Assembly: GCA_965215505.1 (NCBI GenBank)
Contig: OZ244065.1
Coordinates: 4,800,001 to 4,864,000, forward strand
Length of the DNA: 64,000 nt
Origin: Capsulimonadaceae bacterium
Lineage (GTDB): Bacteria > Armatimonadota > Armatimonadia > Armatimonadales > Capsulimonadaceae
Direction: 5' to 3'
The translations under genes and the position numbers were made by a program. Shown in pieces: positions 1-9,027 of the stretch; positions within the stretch are counted from its first letter, which is position 1, and every line of letters begins with the position of its first letter. A model generated the notes under the pieces. It had not been told where the DNA came from. It did not search any database and saw only the letters and a list, made by a program, of their open reading frames with translations.

Positions 1-1
1 C

Positions 2-1174
2 TTCACCGACCCGCAGGTGGAGGAGTACGACACGCTGACCAGTGAGGACAAGTGGAACGAGTACGCCGATGTCATCCTCGCCAACCCGCCCTTCATGTCC
101 CCCAAAGGCGGCATCAAGCCGCACAAGCGGTTCTCCGTCCAGTCCAACCGCAGCGAAGTCCTGTTCGTGGACTACATCGCCGAACACCTGACCCCGGCGG
201 GCCGGGCGGGCGTGATCGTCCCGGAGGGCATCATTTTCCAGTCGGGGGGCGCGTACAAGGACCTCCGCAAGATGCTGGTGACGAAGCACCTTGTCGCCGT
301 GATCTCGCTGCCCTCGGGTATCTTCCAGCCCTACACCGGCGTTAAGACCAGCGTCCTCATTTTCGACCGGCGCAGGGCCAAAGAGAACCGCAGTATTCTG
401 TTCACCGAGATCAAAAACATCGGCTTCAGTCTGGGCGCGAAGCATACCCAAATTGACGCGAACGATCTGCCGCAGTCACTCCTTGACTACCGTGCCTTCC
501 GGGACGGGCAGGCAATTCATTCTGGCATCTCGTTCACTGTCCCGAAGGAGAAGATCGCAGCCAACGGTTACATCCTGAGCGCGCAGCGTTACCGTGCCTT
601 GGCTCCTAGAGGTGACGGTTTCCGCTTCCTCGCCTTGTCAGAGGTTTGTACTATAGAGAAGGGAAAGTCGTCCAGCACTAAAACTAAGCCGGGTCCATTC
701 CCGTTGGTCCTAACGGCTGAAACGCGCGGTTTCTCTGATCACTATGACTTCGAAGGCGACGCTGTGTGTGTGCCGTTAATTTCCTCGACTGGTCACGGAA
801 AAGCCTCAATCAAGCGAATACACTATGCCGCCGAGCGGTTCGCGCTGGCGGACTTGATGGTGGCTTTAAGGCCTGTTGACCCAGATACGTTAGACACGCG
901 GTTCCTGTTCCATGTTCTGAACCAAGTTAAGCCAGCCTTAGCGGGCTTGATGTCCGGGGCCGCTAATGTGTCCATGAAAGCATCCGATCTAGGGGACTTC
1001 CAAATTCCTATCCCTCCTCTCGCCACGCAGAAGGAGATCGTGGCGTATCAGCATCGTGTCGATGAACTCAGGCGCGAGATAGCTGAGCAGGAACGGAACA
1101 TTACTGAGGCCATCAGCCGCGTGTGGGGTGACAACGGTTCCGTAGTGGAAAGTGACGCGGAAGACGTAGAATGA
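2..1174 (+). CDS. N6-adenine DNA methyltransferase (HsdM-like) fused to one HsdS-like target recognition domain; 5' end lies outside the window
   Basis: Frame is open from base 2 (FTDPQVEEYDTL...). Catalytic motif ILANPPF, then GRAGVIVPEG and ISLPSGIFQPYTGVKT typical of Type I M subunits. C-terminal Methylase_S-like region ends IPIPPLATQKEIV...ISRVWG. Confidence 0.9.
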   Translation, partial: FTDPQVEEYDTLTSEDKWNEYADVILANPPFMSPKGGIKPHKRFSVQSNRSEVLFVDYIAEHLTPAGRAGVIVPEGIIFQSGGAYKDLRKMLVTKHLVAVISLPSGIFQPYTGVKTSVLIFDRRRAKENRSILFTEIKNIGFSLGAKHTQIDANDLPQSLLDYRAFRDGQAIHSGISFTVPKEKIAANGYILSAQRYRALAPRGDGFRFLALSEVCTIEKGKSSSTKTKPGPFPLVLTAETRGFSDHYDFEGDAVCVPLISSTGHGKASIKRIHYAAERFALADLMVALRPVDPDTLDTRFLFHVLNQVKPALAGLMSGAANVSMKASDLGDFQIPIPPLATQKEIVAYQHRVDELRREIAEQERNITEAISRVWGDNGSVVESDAEDVE

Positions 1175-1527
1175 CACATTCAACAGCCCTCATCTCTGCG
1201 CTATCCGCGAAGTATGGTATCCAAGAAACCGACGTGATAGGAATAGCCGTGGCTGTTTTGAAGGACTTACATCGCGTTGCTGTGCAGGGCGAACAAGGAC
1301 CTATGACCGCGCTTTACGAGTGCAAGTGGCTACTCGACGAGGAAGGGCAATACCATCTTGTCGGAGTTGTCGCCGAGCTTATGAGAGAGGAAGCCCCGGA
1401 TTACTACAGAGGGCTGATAGAAGACGTTTTCCGATATGTTAGCCCCGAGCGTGACCTCCGGAACGAGGGGTTGAAGCGCTGGGTGAATGAGAAACAATCA
1501 AGCCGCGCTGTAAACGACAGCGATTAG
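1171..1527 (+). CDS. Hypothetical protein, 118 aa, coupled to the methyltransferase
   Basis: ATGA overlap with the upstream stop; AT-richer codon usage like the adjacent TRD; no recognisable motif. Confidence 0.6.
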   Translation: MTHSTALISALSAKYGIQETDVIGIAVAVLKDLHRVAVQGEQGPMTALYECKWLLDEEGQYHLVGVVAELMREEAPDYYRGLIEDVFRYVSPERDLRNEGLKRWVNEKQSSRAVNDSD

Positions 1528-1647
1528 GCCATCGTGGCGGAGATCGAGGAGGAGCAGCGGCTGGTGGCGGCGAGCAAGGAACTGGTGCGGCGCTTCGAGG
1601 CCAAAAGCAAGGACGCCATCCGCCGCGTGTGGGGGGAGGGGGCGTAG
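1528..1647 (+). pseudogene. Stranded C-terminal coiled-coil tail of an HsdM-S protein
   Basis: Reads AIVAEIEEEQRLVAASKELVRRFEAKSKDAIRRVWGEGA* with no evident RBS or start of its own; parallels the end of the methyltransferase (EIVA...EAISRVWGD). Confidence 0.75.
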
Positions 1648-1651
1648 GGAG

Positions 1652-1845
1652 AGGAGTCCCCTCCCCCCGCCCCTCCCCACTGCGTGGAGAGGGGAGCCGG
1701 AAGAAGAACGTGCCGGGCCTTGTCCGCGTCAGCCTTCCTCGGATCGGACTGGTGCCTTTTCTCGCTTCCGGCCTCCTCTAATTCCCCACTCGACTTCTTA
1801 CTCCCCTCTCCACGCAGTGGGGAGGGGCGGGGGGAGGGGACTCCT
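1652..1845. repeat. REPIN/MITE-like element with 45-bp perfect inverted repeats
   Basis: 1652-1696 (aggagtcccctccccccgcccctccccactgcgtggagaggggag) is the exact reverse complement of 1801-1845; each arm contains its own small hairpin. Confidence 0.9.
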
Positions 1846-1881
1846 TCCGCGTCCCTCCCCGGCCTGGAGACCCATGGGCCA

Positions 1882-2124
1882 TCATGGCCCGTCTGCCCCG
1901 AGCCAGAAGTCGTGCGGGAGGGGGGCCTCAAAATCCTCCGCGATCCAGTACCGGCCCGCGTGCAGGCCCGGCGTCCGGGGGGACTGCCGCACCGCGTTAT
2001 CCTCCGCCTCGGTCTCGCGCAGGGCAAGATGCTGGATGTACCCGGCCACATCCCGACCCTCGCGGGCGGCCCGGCGCGTCAGCCGGTCTGCGGCATCCAG
2101 CGGCAGTTCAATGGTGATGGTCAT
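1882..2124 (-). CDS. DUF2281-like putative antitoxin (VapB type), no adjacent toxin
   Basis: RHH-like start MTITIELP and C-terminal RTPGLHAGRYWIAEDFEAPLP motif. Confidence 0.7.
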   Translation of the reverse strand: MTITIELPLDAADRLTRRAAREGRDVAGYIQHLALRETEAEDNAVRQSPRTPGLHAGRYWIAEDFEAPLPHDFWLGADGP

Positions 2125-2218
2125 AGGGGAGTATGCCTGATGTAGAGGCCGTAGGGGTTATCCTGGTAAAGTCGCGCGGCGGGCAGACTTGGTCATGTCC
2201 CGCCGCAAGGCCCCGCCC

Positions 2219-2247
2219 TTGACAACCGCCGCGCGGGCCTCTATAAT
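2219..2247 (+). promoter_or_regulatory. Perfect-consensus sigma70 promoter of the glycoside hydrolase operon
   Basis: TTGACA (2219-2224), 17-bp spacer, TATAAT (2242-2247); about 60 nt upstream of the GH3 ATG. Confidence 0.9.
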
Positions 2248-2310
2248 AGCAATACATACCCCCGTCAATGCCCGCGCGTGAACGCCCACGCGCCCCGTAA
2301 GGTCTTTCCC

Positions 2311-5301
2311 ATGTCCCGGAACAAAACCCATCTCGCCCGCGCCGGACTCGCCCTGCTCGCCGCCTGCTCCGCCGCCTCGGCCTTCGGGCAGGCCCCGACG
2401 CCGCCCTACCAGGACCCGAAGGCCCCCCTGGAGGCGCGCGTCAATGACCTCTTCGACCGGCTGACCCCTGACGAGAAACTGAGCCTGCTGACCGGGACCG
2501 GCTTCACCACGCGGGCCATCCCCCGGCTCGGCGTCCCCGCCATGGCGATGGCGGACGCCGGGCAGGGCGTCCGGGGCGGCATGGACACCACGTTAGGACC
2601 CGCCACCCTTTTCCCCGCCGGAGTCACCATGGCCTCCACCTGGGACCCCGCCCTGGTCGGCCGCATCGGGGCGGCCATCGGGCAGGAGGCGCTTAACAAA
2701 GGCACGGGCGTACAGGTCCTGCTCGGCCCCGCCGTCAACATCCACCGGTCGCCGCTCGGCGGGCGCAACGGCGAGTATTTCAGCGAAGACCCCTACCTCG
2801 CGGGCCGGCTGGCCGTCGGCTACATCCAGGGCATGCAGAGTACGGGCTGCGCGGCCTGCATCAAGCACTACGCCGCCAACAACGAGGAAGTGGACCGGGA
2901 CAACGTCAACGTCCTGGTCGGCGAGCGCGCCCTGCGCGAGATCTATTTGCCCGCGTTTGAGGCGGGCACGACGGAGGGCCACGCCTGGACCCTGATGTCC
3001 TCCTACAACCGGATCAACGGCCCCCACGCCACCGCCAACGAGTACCTGCTGACGGAGGTGCTGAAAAAGGGGTGGGGGTGGGACGGCATGGTCATGTCCG
3101 ACTGGGGCGCGGTCCACGAAACCGCCGCCGTCATTGACGCCGGCAACGACCTGGAAATGCCCGGCCCCGGCTTCCTCGTGCCGAAAAACGTCACGCCCGC
3201 CTTGTCGCGCGGGACGACGACGCAGGCCGACATCGACGCCAACGTCCACCGCATCCTGCGCGCCATCCTCCGCGTCGGCCTGCTTGACGGCCCGCGCACC
3301 CCCGACCACGCCCTCGTCAACTCGCCCGAACACCAGCGTTTGACGTTCGAGGCGGCCTCCAAAGGCATCGTCCTGCTGAAGAACGCGGGCGGCGTCCTGC
3401 CGCTGGACGCCGCAAGGATCAAGTCCATCGCCGTCATCGGGCCGGCCGCCGTGGACATGCAGTACGGCGCGGCGGGCAGCCCCGGCCTGACGCCTTTCTA
3501 CTCCATCAACCCGCTGCAAGGCATCCAGGACGCGGTCGGCCCCTCGGTCGCCGTCAGTTATGTGCGGGGGACGCAGACCGGGACGCCGGTCCCCGCCCCC
3601 GCATTCCTCCTGCCCGACGGCTCCGGAATCGGCCTGCGGGCGGAGTATTTCGCCAACAAGAACCTGGAAGGGACGCCCGCTCTGGTCCGCACCGACGCAC
3701 AGATCCAAGAGGACTGGAACACGAATTCCCCCGCCCCGACCCTGCCGCGCACGAATTTTAGTGTCCGCTGGACCGGTAAGCTGGTCGCGCCGAGGACGGG
3801 CCGCTACGCCCTGTCCCTGACCGCCGACGACGGCTGCCGCCTGTTCCTGGACGGCAAGCAGCTCGTCAACCACTGGATAGACGGCGCGGCCTCCCCGCAG
3901 ACGGTCGGCGTGGACCTGGTCGCGGGCCGTGCCTACGACCTGCGCGTCGAGTACTACCAGAACGGCGGGCTGGCCGTCGCCTCGCTGGACTGGATACTCC
4001 CCGGCCAGGCCCGCTTCACCGAGGCCGTGGAGGCCGCCCGCAGGTCCGACGTGGCCGTCGTCTGCGTCAGCACCGAGGGGACCGAGGGCGAAGGCAATGA
4101 CCGGCCCTCCATGGACCTACCCGGCGACCAGGACGCCTTGATCCAGGCCATTGCTGCTGTGAATAAGAAGACCATCGTCGTCCTGAACAACGGCACCCCC
4201 GTCACCCTGACCGCCTGGCTGGAGCGCGTGCCCGGCCTGATTGAGACCTGGTTCCCCGGCCAGGAGGGCGGGCACGCGCTGGCCGCCGTCCTGTTCGGCG
4301 ACGTCAACCCCTCCGGCAAGCTGCCCGACACCCTGGCCGCTCGGCGCGCGGATTACCCCGATTTCGGCCACTTCCCCGGCACGAAGGGGCATGTGGACTA
4401 TGCTGAAGGCATCTATGTCGGCTACCGGCACTTCGACAAGGCGAAGATCGCGCCCCTGTTCCCCTTCGGCTACGGCCTGTCCTACACCACCTTCCGCTAC
4501 GGCGCTTTGACGCTCGACCGGACGACGCTTGCGCCCGACGGGACGGTCACGGCGAGCCTCGACGTCACCAACACGGGCCGCCGGGCCGGGGCCGAGGCCG
4601 TCGAGCTGTACGTCCACGATCCCAGCCCCAAGATAGACAAGCCGGTGCGCGAGCTGAAAGACTTCGCGAAAGTCGAGCTGGCACCGGGCGAAACTAAGTC
4701 CCTCACCTTCATGCTAAAGCCGCGCGCCCTGGCTTACTGCGACGTTCCCGGCAAGCAGTGGAAGGCGGACGCCGGCGACTACGACATCCAGGTCGGGGCA
4801 TCCTCCCGCGACATCCGGCACCAGGCGCGCGTGCGGCTGGCCGCCGACTACACCCAGCCGATCCCGTTCCTGGGCGAGGTTAGGCCCGCCCCGACCGCCC
4901 CCGCCCGGACGGAGAAAGACCTCGCCGCCGGCCGCCCCGTCACGGCCTCCTCCGTGCAGGACCCCGCCCTCTACAAGCCGGAGGGTGCCGTGGACGGCGA
5001 CGACGCCACGCGCTGGAGCAGCGCCGCCTCCGACCCGCAGTGGATCGCCGTAGACCTGGGCAGCGTCACGCCGGTCAGCCACGTCCTGCTCAACTGGGAG
5101 ACGGCCTACGCCGCCGCCTACAGCATCCAGGTCAGCCTCGACGGCAAGACCTGGACTGACGTCTACAAGACAGCCGACGGTGCGGGCGGCACGGAGGAGA
5201 TCAAGTTCACGCCCACTCCCGCCCGCTTCGTGAGGATGTACGGCACCAAGCGCGCGACCACTTTCGGCTACTCGCTGTTCAGCTTTGAAGTCTACCGCTG
5301 A
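2311..5301 (+). CDS. Secreted GH3 beta-glucosidase-like enzyme with PA14, Fn3-like and C-terminal F5/8 type C (CBM32-like) domains
   Basis: Signal peptide; GGRNGEYFSEDP, KHYAAN and MSDW nucleophile motifs; PA14 (FSVRWTG, ADDGCRL); YAEGIYVGYRHFD; AVDGDDATRWSS...WIAVDLG. Confidence 0.95.
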   Translation: MSRNKTHLARAGLALLAACSAASAFGQAPTPPYQDPKAPLEARVNDLFDRLTPDEKLSLLTGTGFTTRAIPRLGVPAMAMADAGQGVRGGMDTTLGPATLFPAGVTMASTWDPALVGRIGAAIGQEALNKGTGVQVLLGPAVNIHRSPLGGRNGEYFSEDPYLAGRLAVGYIQGMQSTGCAACIKHYAANNEEVDRDNVNVLVGERALREIYLPAFEAGTTEGHAWTLMSSYNRINGPHATANEYLLTEVLKKGWGWDGMVMSDWGAVHETAAVIDAGNDLEMPGPGFLVPKNVTPALSRGTTTQADIDANVHRILRAILRVGLLDGPRTPDHALVNSPEHQRLTFEAASKGIVLLKNAGGVLPLDAARIKSIAVIGPAAVDMQYGAAGSPGLTPFYSINPLQGIQDAVGPSVAVSYVRGTQTGTPVPAPAFLLPDGSGIGLRAEYFANKNLEGTPALVRTDAQIQEDWNTNSPAPTLPRTNFSVRWTGKLVAPRTGRYALSLTADDGCRLFLDGKQLVNHWIDGAASPQTVGVDLVAGRAYDLRVEYYQNGGLAVASLDWILPGQARFTEAVEAARRSDVAVVCVSTEGTEGEGNDRPSMDLPGDQDALIQAIAAVNKKTIVVLNNGTPVTLTAWLERVPGLIETWFPGQEGGHALAAVLFGDVNPSGKLPDTLAARRADYPDFGHFPGTKGHVDYAEGIYVGYRHFDKAKIAPLFPFGYGLSYTTFRYGALTLDRTTLAPDGTVTASLDVTNTGRRAGAEAVELYVHDPSPKIDKPVRELKDFAKVELAPGETKSLTFMLKPRALAYCDVPGKQWKADAGDYDIQVGASSRDIRHQARVRLAADYTQPIPFLGEVRPAPTAPARTEKDLAAGRPVTASSVQDPALYKPEGAVDGDDATRWSSAASDPQWIAVDLGSVTPVSHVLLNWETAYAAAYSIQVSLDGKTWTDVYKTADGAGGTEEIKFTPTPARFVRMYGTKRATTFGYSLFSFEVYR

Positions 5302-5362
5302 CCTCTATCATCGCCCACACTCCGCGCCCGTAAAGGCGGGTATCATCCTAGGAACACAGCAC

Positions 5363-7822
5363 ATGACATTCACATCAACACTCCGCGCCTGGCTCGCCCC
5401 CGCCCTGCTGGCCGCCGCTGCGACCGCCGCCCACGCCGCGCCGGGGCAGCTCACCGTCCAGGTGGACAAGCCCGGCGTCAAGATCAGCCCCACCTTCTTC
5501 GGCCTGATGACCGAGGAGATCAACCACGCCTACGACGGCGGCCTGTACGGCGAGCTGATCCAGAACCGCGCCCTCAAGGACGACCCGAACGGCCCCGCCC
5601 ACTGGTCCGCCGTTACCAGCGGCGGCGGGACGGGCACGGTGGCCCTGGACACCGCAAACCCCATCGCCGGGACCGCGCTGACCAACTGCCTGCGGCTGGA
5701 CATCACCGCCGCCACGGCGGGCCAGCACGTCGGCGCGGCCAACGAAGGCTATTGGGGCATCCCCGTCAAGCCGAACACCACTTACCGCGCTTCCTTCTAC
5801 GCCAAAGCCGGCCCGGCCTTCACCGGCCCGCTGACCGTGGACATCCAGAGTGCCGACGGCGCGGACGTCCGCGCCACCGCCCAGGTGCCCGCGCTGACCG
5901 CCGACTGGAAGCAGTACACCGTCACGCTCTCCACGGGTGCCGCCGCCCCCTCCACGGCGAACCGCTTCGTCATCTCGGCGAGCGGCGCGGGCACGGTCTG
6001 GCTGTCTCAGGTTTCGCTCATGCCGCCGACCTTCCACGACCGGCCCAACGGCAACCGCATCGACCTGATGCAGAAGATGGGCGACATGCAGCCCGCCTTC
6101 CTGCGCCTGCCCGGCGGCAACTACCTGGAAGGCAACACTCTCGCCGAGCGGTTCGAGTGGAAGGACACGATCGGACCCGTCGCCCAGCGGCCCAGTCATC
6201 AAGGGCCGTGGGGCTACCGCTCCACCGACGGGATGGGCCTGCTGGAGATGCTGGAGTGGTGCGAGGACCTCAAAATGCAGCCCGTCCTGGCCGTCTTCGC
6301 CGGGTACGCCCTGCGCGGCGACCACGTCGCCCCCGGCCCCGACCTGACCCCCTATGTGCAGGACGCCCTGGACGAGATCGAGTATGTGACCGGCGACGCC
6401 AGCACCACCTGGGGCGCGCGCCGCATCAAGGACGGCCACCCGGCCCCGTTCCCCCTCACCTATGTGGAGGTCGGCAACGAGGACAACTTCGACCGCTCGG
6501 GCAGCTACAGCGGCCGGTACGCCCAGTTCTATGACGCCATCAAGGCCAAGTACCCGAAATTGCAGATCATCGCCACCGCCCGCGTCCAGGGCCACACGAT
6601 GGACGTGCTGGACGACCACTACTACCGCTCGGCGGCGGAGATGGCGCGGGACGCGGGCCACTACGACAAGACCGACCGGAACGGCCCCAAGATCTTCGTC
6701 GGCGAGTGGGCCTCCACCGAGGGCAGCCCGACCCCGACCATGCAGGCCGCCTTGGGCGATGCCGCCTGGATGACCGGCATGGAGCGCAACTCGGACGTCA
6801 TCGTCCTGGAGTCCTACGCGCCCCTCCTCGTCAACGTCAACCCCGGCGCGCGCCAGTGGGGGACCAACCTCATCGGCTATGACGCACTCAGCAGCTTCGG
6901 CTCGCCGTCCTACTATGTGCAGAAGATGTTCGGCACCAACCGGGGCGACACCGTCCTGCCCGTCACCCTCGTCCCGCAGGGCGGGGACGCGCCGGTCGCC
7001 GCCCCGCTGCCCACGGGCAGGATCGGCGTCGCCACCTGGGCCACGCAGGCCGAGTTCAAAGACATCCAGGTGACGCAGGGCGGCAAGACGCTCTACTCCA
7101 AGGACTTCACCTCGGGGGACGCCGACTGGGCCTTCCGCCAGGGCACCTGGGTCGCCGCCGACGGCGTCCTGCGGCAGACCGGCACCCTGACCAACTCGCG
7201 GGCCACGGCGGGCGATGCGGCCTGGACCGACTACACCTACCACGTCCAGGCCCGCAAGCTCGGCGGCGATGAGGGCTTCCTGATCGCCTTCCACTTCCAG
7301 AACGCCAACAACTACCTCTGGTGGAACATCGGCGGCTGGGGCAACACCCGCACCGCCATCCAGCAGTTCCGGAACGGCACCAACACCCAGCTCGGCCCCG
7401 ACTTCCCCGTGACGGTCGAGCCGAACCGCTGGTACGACATCAAGGTCGAGCTTCAGGGTCGGCAAATCCGCTGCTTCCTGGACGGCAAGCTGGTCGAGGA
7501 GGTGACCGACACGCCCCCCGCCCCGCCCGCCCCGCTCTACGCCGTCGCCAGCCGCGACACGAGATCGGGCGACGTCATCCTGAAAGTGGTCAACACCTCC
7601 CCCGCCGTCCAGCAGATCCAAATAGACCTGCAAGGGGCGCGCGGCATCGCGAAGACCGCCACGGCTGTGGTCCTGGCCGGCGACCCCGCCGACGTGAACT
7701 CGCTCGACGCGCCCGAAAAAGTCGCCCCGCAGACGACGACAGTGACCGGCGTCGGCGCGACCTTCCTCCACGAGTTCCCCGCCCACTCCGTCACCGTGCT
7801 GCGGGTGAAGGCGCGGAAGTAG
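5363..7822 (+). CDS. Secreted GH51 alpha-L-arabinofuranosidase with an extra beta-sandwich insert
   Basis: Signal peptide ending AHA; EEINHAYDGGLYGELIQNR, LRLPGGN, EVGNE, FVGEWA and ESYAPLL motifs. Confidence 0.93.
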   Translation: MTFTSTLRAWLAPALLAAAATAAHAAPGQLTVQVDKPGVKISPTFFGLMTEEINHAYDGGLYGELIQNRALKDDPNGPAHWSAVTSGGGTGTVALDTANPIAGTALTNCLRLDITAATAGQHVGAANEGYWGIPVKPNTTYRASFYAKAGPAFTGPLTVDIQSADGADVRATAQVPALTADWKQYTVTLSTGAAAPSTANRFVISASGAGTVWLSQVSLMPPTFHDRPNGNRIDLMQKMGDMQPAFLRLPGGNYLEGNTLAERFEWKDTIGPVAQRPSHQGPWGYRSTDGMGLLEMLEWCEDLKMQPVLAVFAGYALRGDHVAPGPDLTPYVQDALDEIEYVTGDASTTWGARRIKDGHPAPFPLTYVEVGNEDNFDRSGSYSGRYAQFYDAIKAKYPKLQIIATARVQGHTMDVLDDHYYRSAAEMARDAGHYDKTDRNGPKIFVGEWASTEGSPTPTMQAALGDAAWMTGMERNSDVIVLESYAPLLVNVNPGARQWGTNLIGYDALSSFGSPSYYVQKMFGTNRGDTVLPVTLVPQGGDAPVAAPLPTGRIGVATWATQAEFKDIQVTQGGKTLYSKDFTSGDADWAFRQGTWVAADGVLRQTGTLTNSRATAGDAAWTDYTYHVQARKLGGDEGFLIAFHFQNANNYLWWNIGGWGNTRTAIQQFRNGTNTQLGPDFPVTVEPNRWYDIKVELQGRQIRCFLDGKLVEEVTDTPPAPPAPLYAVASRDTRSGDVILKVVNTSPAVQQIQIDLQGARGIAKTATAVVLAGDPADVNSLDAPEKVAPQTTTVTGVGATFLHEFPAHSVTVLRVKARK

Positions 7823-7835
7823 TCCCCCCGCCTCT

Positions 7836-7872
7836 GATCCTCCCCCCGGCGCTGTGCGCCGGGGGGAGGATC
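7836..7872. repeat. GC-rich 17-bp stem hairpin inside the operon (REP-like or mRNA-stabilising)
   Basis: gatcctccccccggcgc-tgt-gcgccggggggaggatc; no U-tract on the + strand. Confidence 0.75.
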
Positions 7873-7888
7873 GAAAAGGAAACCGAAC

Positions 7889-8038
7889 ATGACCGATCAG
7901 CCCCCAACCGACGGTCCCGTTCCTATGATTAAAGAGGAAACCGTCAAGGACGACGGCCGGACCCTGATCTATTACACCTTTCCCAACGGCCAGGACGACC
8001 CGGCACCGCCTGTCATCCCGGAGGCCGCCCATGTCTGA
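7889..8038 (+). CDS. 49-aa peptide overlapping the galT start (not in the ORF track)
   Basis: RBS aaagga; MTDQPPTDGPVPMIKEETVKDDGRTLIYYTFPNGQDDPAPPVIPEAAHV*; host-like codons; overlaps galT by 8 nt. Confidence 0.7.
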   Translation: MTDQPPTDGPVPMIKEETVKDDGRTLIYYTFPNGQDDPAPPVIPEAAHV

Positions 8039-9011
8039 GCTACGCTGGCATCCTATCCTGGAAGAGTGGGTCATCACGGCGACCCAGCGGCAGGACCGCA
8101 CCTTCTTCCCGCCGCCCGACTACAACCCGCTCGCCCCGACAAAGCCCGGTGGCTTCCCGACCGAGATTCCGCGCCCCGAGTACGACATCGTCGTCTTCCA
8201 GAACAAGTTCCCCTCGCTCCAGCCGCACCCGCCCGCGCCTTCTGTCGAGGGCACCGCCCTGACACCCGTGCTGCCCGCCGTCGGCGAGTGCGAGGTCATC
8301 GTCTATACGCCCCAGTCCGACGCCACACTGGCCGAGCTTCCGTTAGAAAAGATCGAACACCTGGTCTGGGTCTGGACCGACCGCTTTGCCTCTTTGGAGG
8401 CGCTGCCCGAGATCAAGTACGTCTTTTTCTTCGAGAACAAGGGCCGCGCGATTGGCGTCACCCTGGCCCACCCGCACGGCCAGCTCTACGCCTATCCCTT
8501 TATCCCCCCCCGCCTCCAGACCGAGCTGAACGCGGCCAAGAAGCACTGGGACGCGCACGGCACCAACCTCTTCCTGGACGTGCTGAAGCAGGAACTGGAA
8601 GACGGCCGGCGCGTCGTCACCCAGAACGACAGCTTCGTGGCGACCGTCCCGTTCTTCGCCCGCTACCCGTATGAGGTCCACATCACCGCCCGCGCAGCCG
8701 GCAAGGCGGCCCTGACCGACTTCACGCGCGCCGAGCAGCGCGATCTGGCGGCGATCCTGAAGACGGTCCTGGTCAAGTACGACAACCTGTTCAACGTCTC
8801 GCTGCCATACATCATGGCCCTGCACCAGCGGCCAACTGACGGTGGCGACTACCCCCATTACCAGTTCCACATCGAGTTCTACCCGCCGAACCGGACGAAA
8901 GACAAGCTGAAGTATTTAGCCGGGTCCGAGGCGGGCGCGGGGACCTACATCAACGACACTCTTGCGGAGGAGAAAGCCGCCGAGCTGCGCGCCCTGGAGC
9001 CGCGCGTGTAG
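8031..9011 (+). CDS. galT: Galactose-1-phosphate uridylyltransferase
   Basis: ELRWHP...RQDRT, VFQNKFPSL and FENKGRAIGVTLAHPHGQ (catalytic HPH); GGAGG RBS. Confidence 0.95.
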   Translation: MSELRWHPILEEWVITATQRQDRTFFPPPDYNPLAPTKPGGFPTEIPRPEYDIVVFQNKFPSLQPHPPAPSVEGTALTPVLPAVGECEVIVYTPQSDATLAELPLEKIEHLVWVWTDRFASLEALPEIKYVFFFENKGRAIGVTLAHPHGQLYAYPFIPPRLQTELNAAKKHWDAHGTNLFLDVLKQELEDGRRVVTQNDSFVATVPFFARYPYEVHITARAAGKAALTDFTRAEQRDLAAILKTVLVKYDNLFNVSLPYIMALHQRPTDGGDYPHYQFHIEFYPPNRTKDKLKYLAGSEAGAGTYINDTLAEEKAAELRALEPRV

Positions 9012-9027
9012 CCGTCAGTCAACCGCC

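Noticed and set aside
1525-1527. Programmed TAG readthrough fusing the 118-aa ORF to the HsdS-like tail
   Set aside because: The in-frame arrangement has a one-in-three chance of arising at random, and no recoding signal or pyrrolysine machinery is visible. A recombination junction is simpler.
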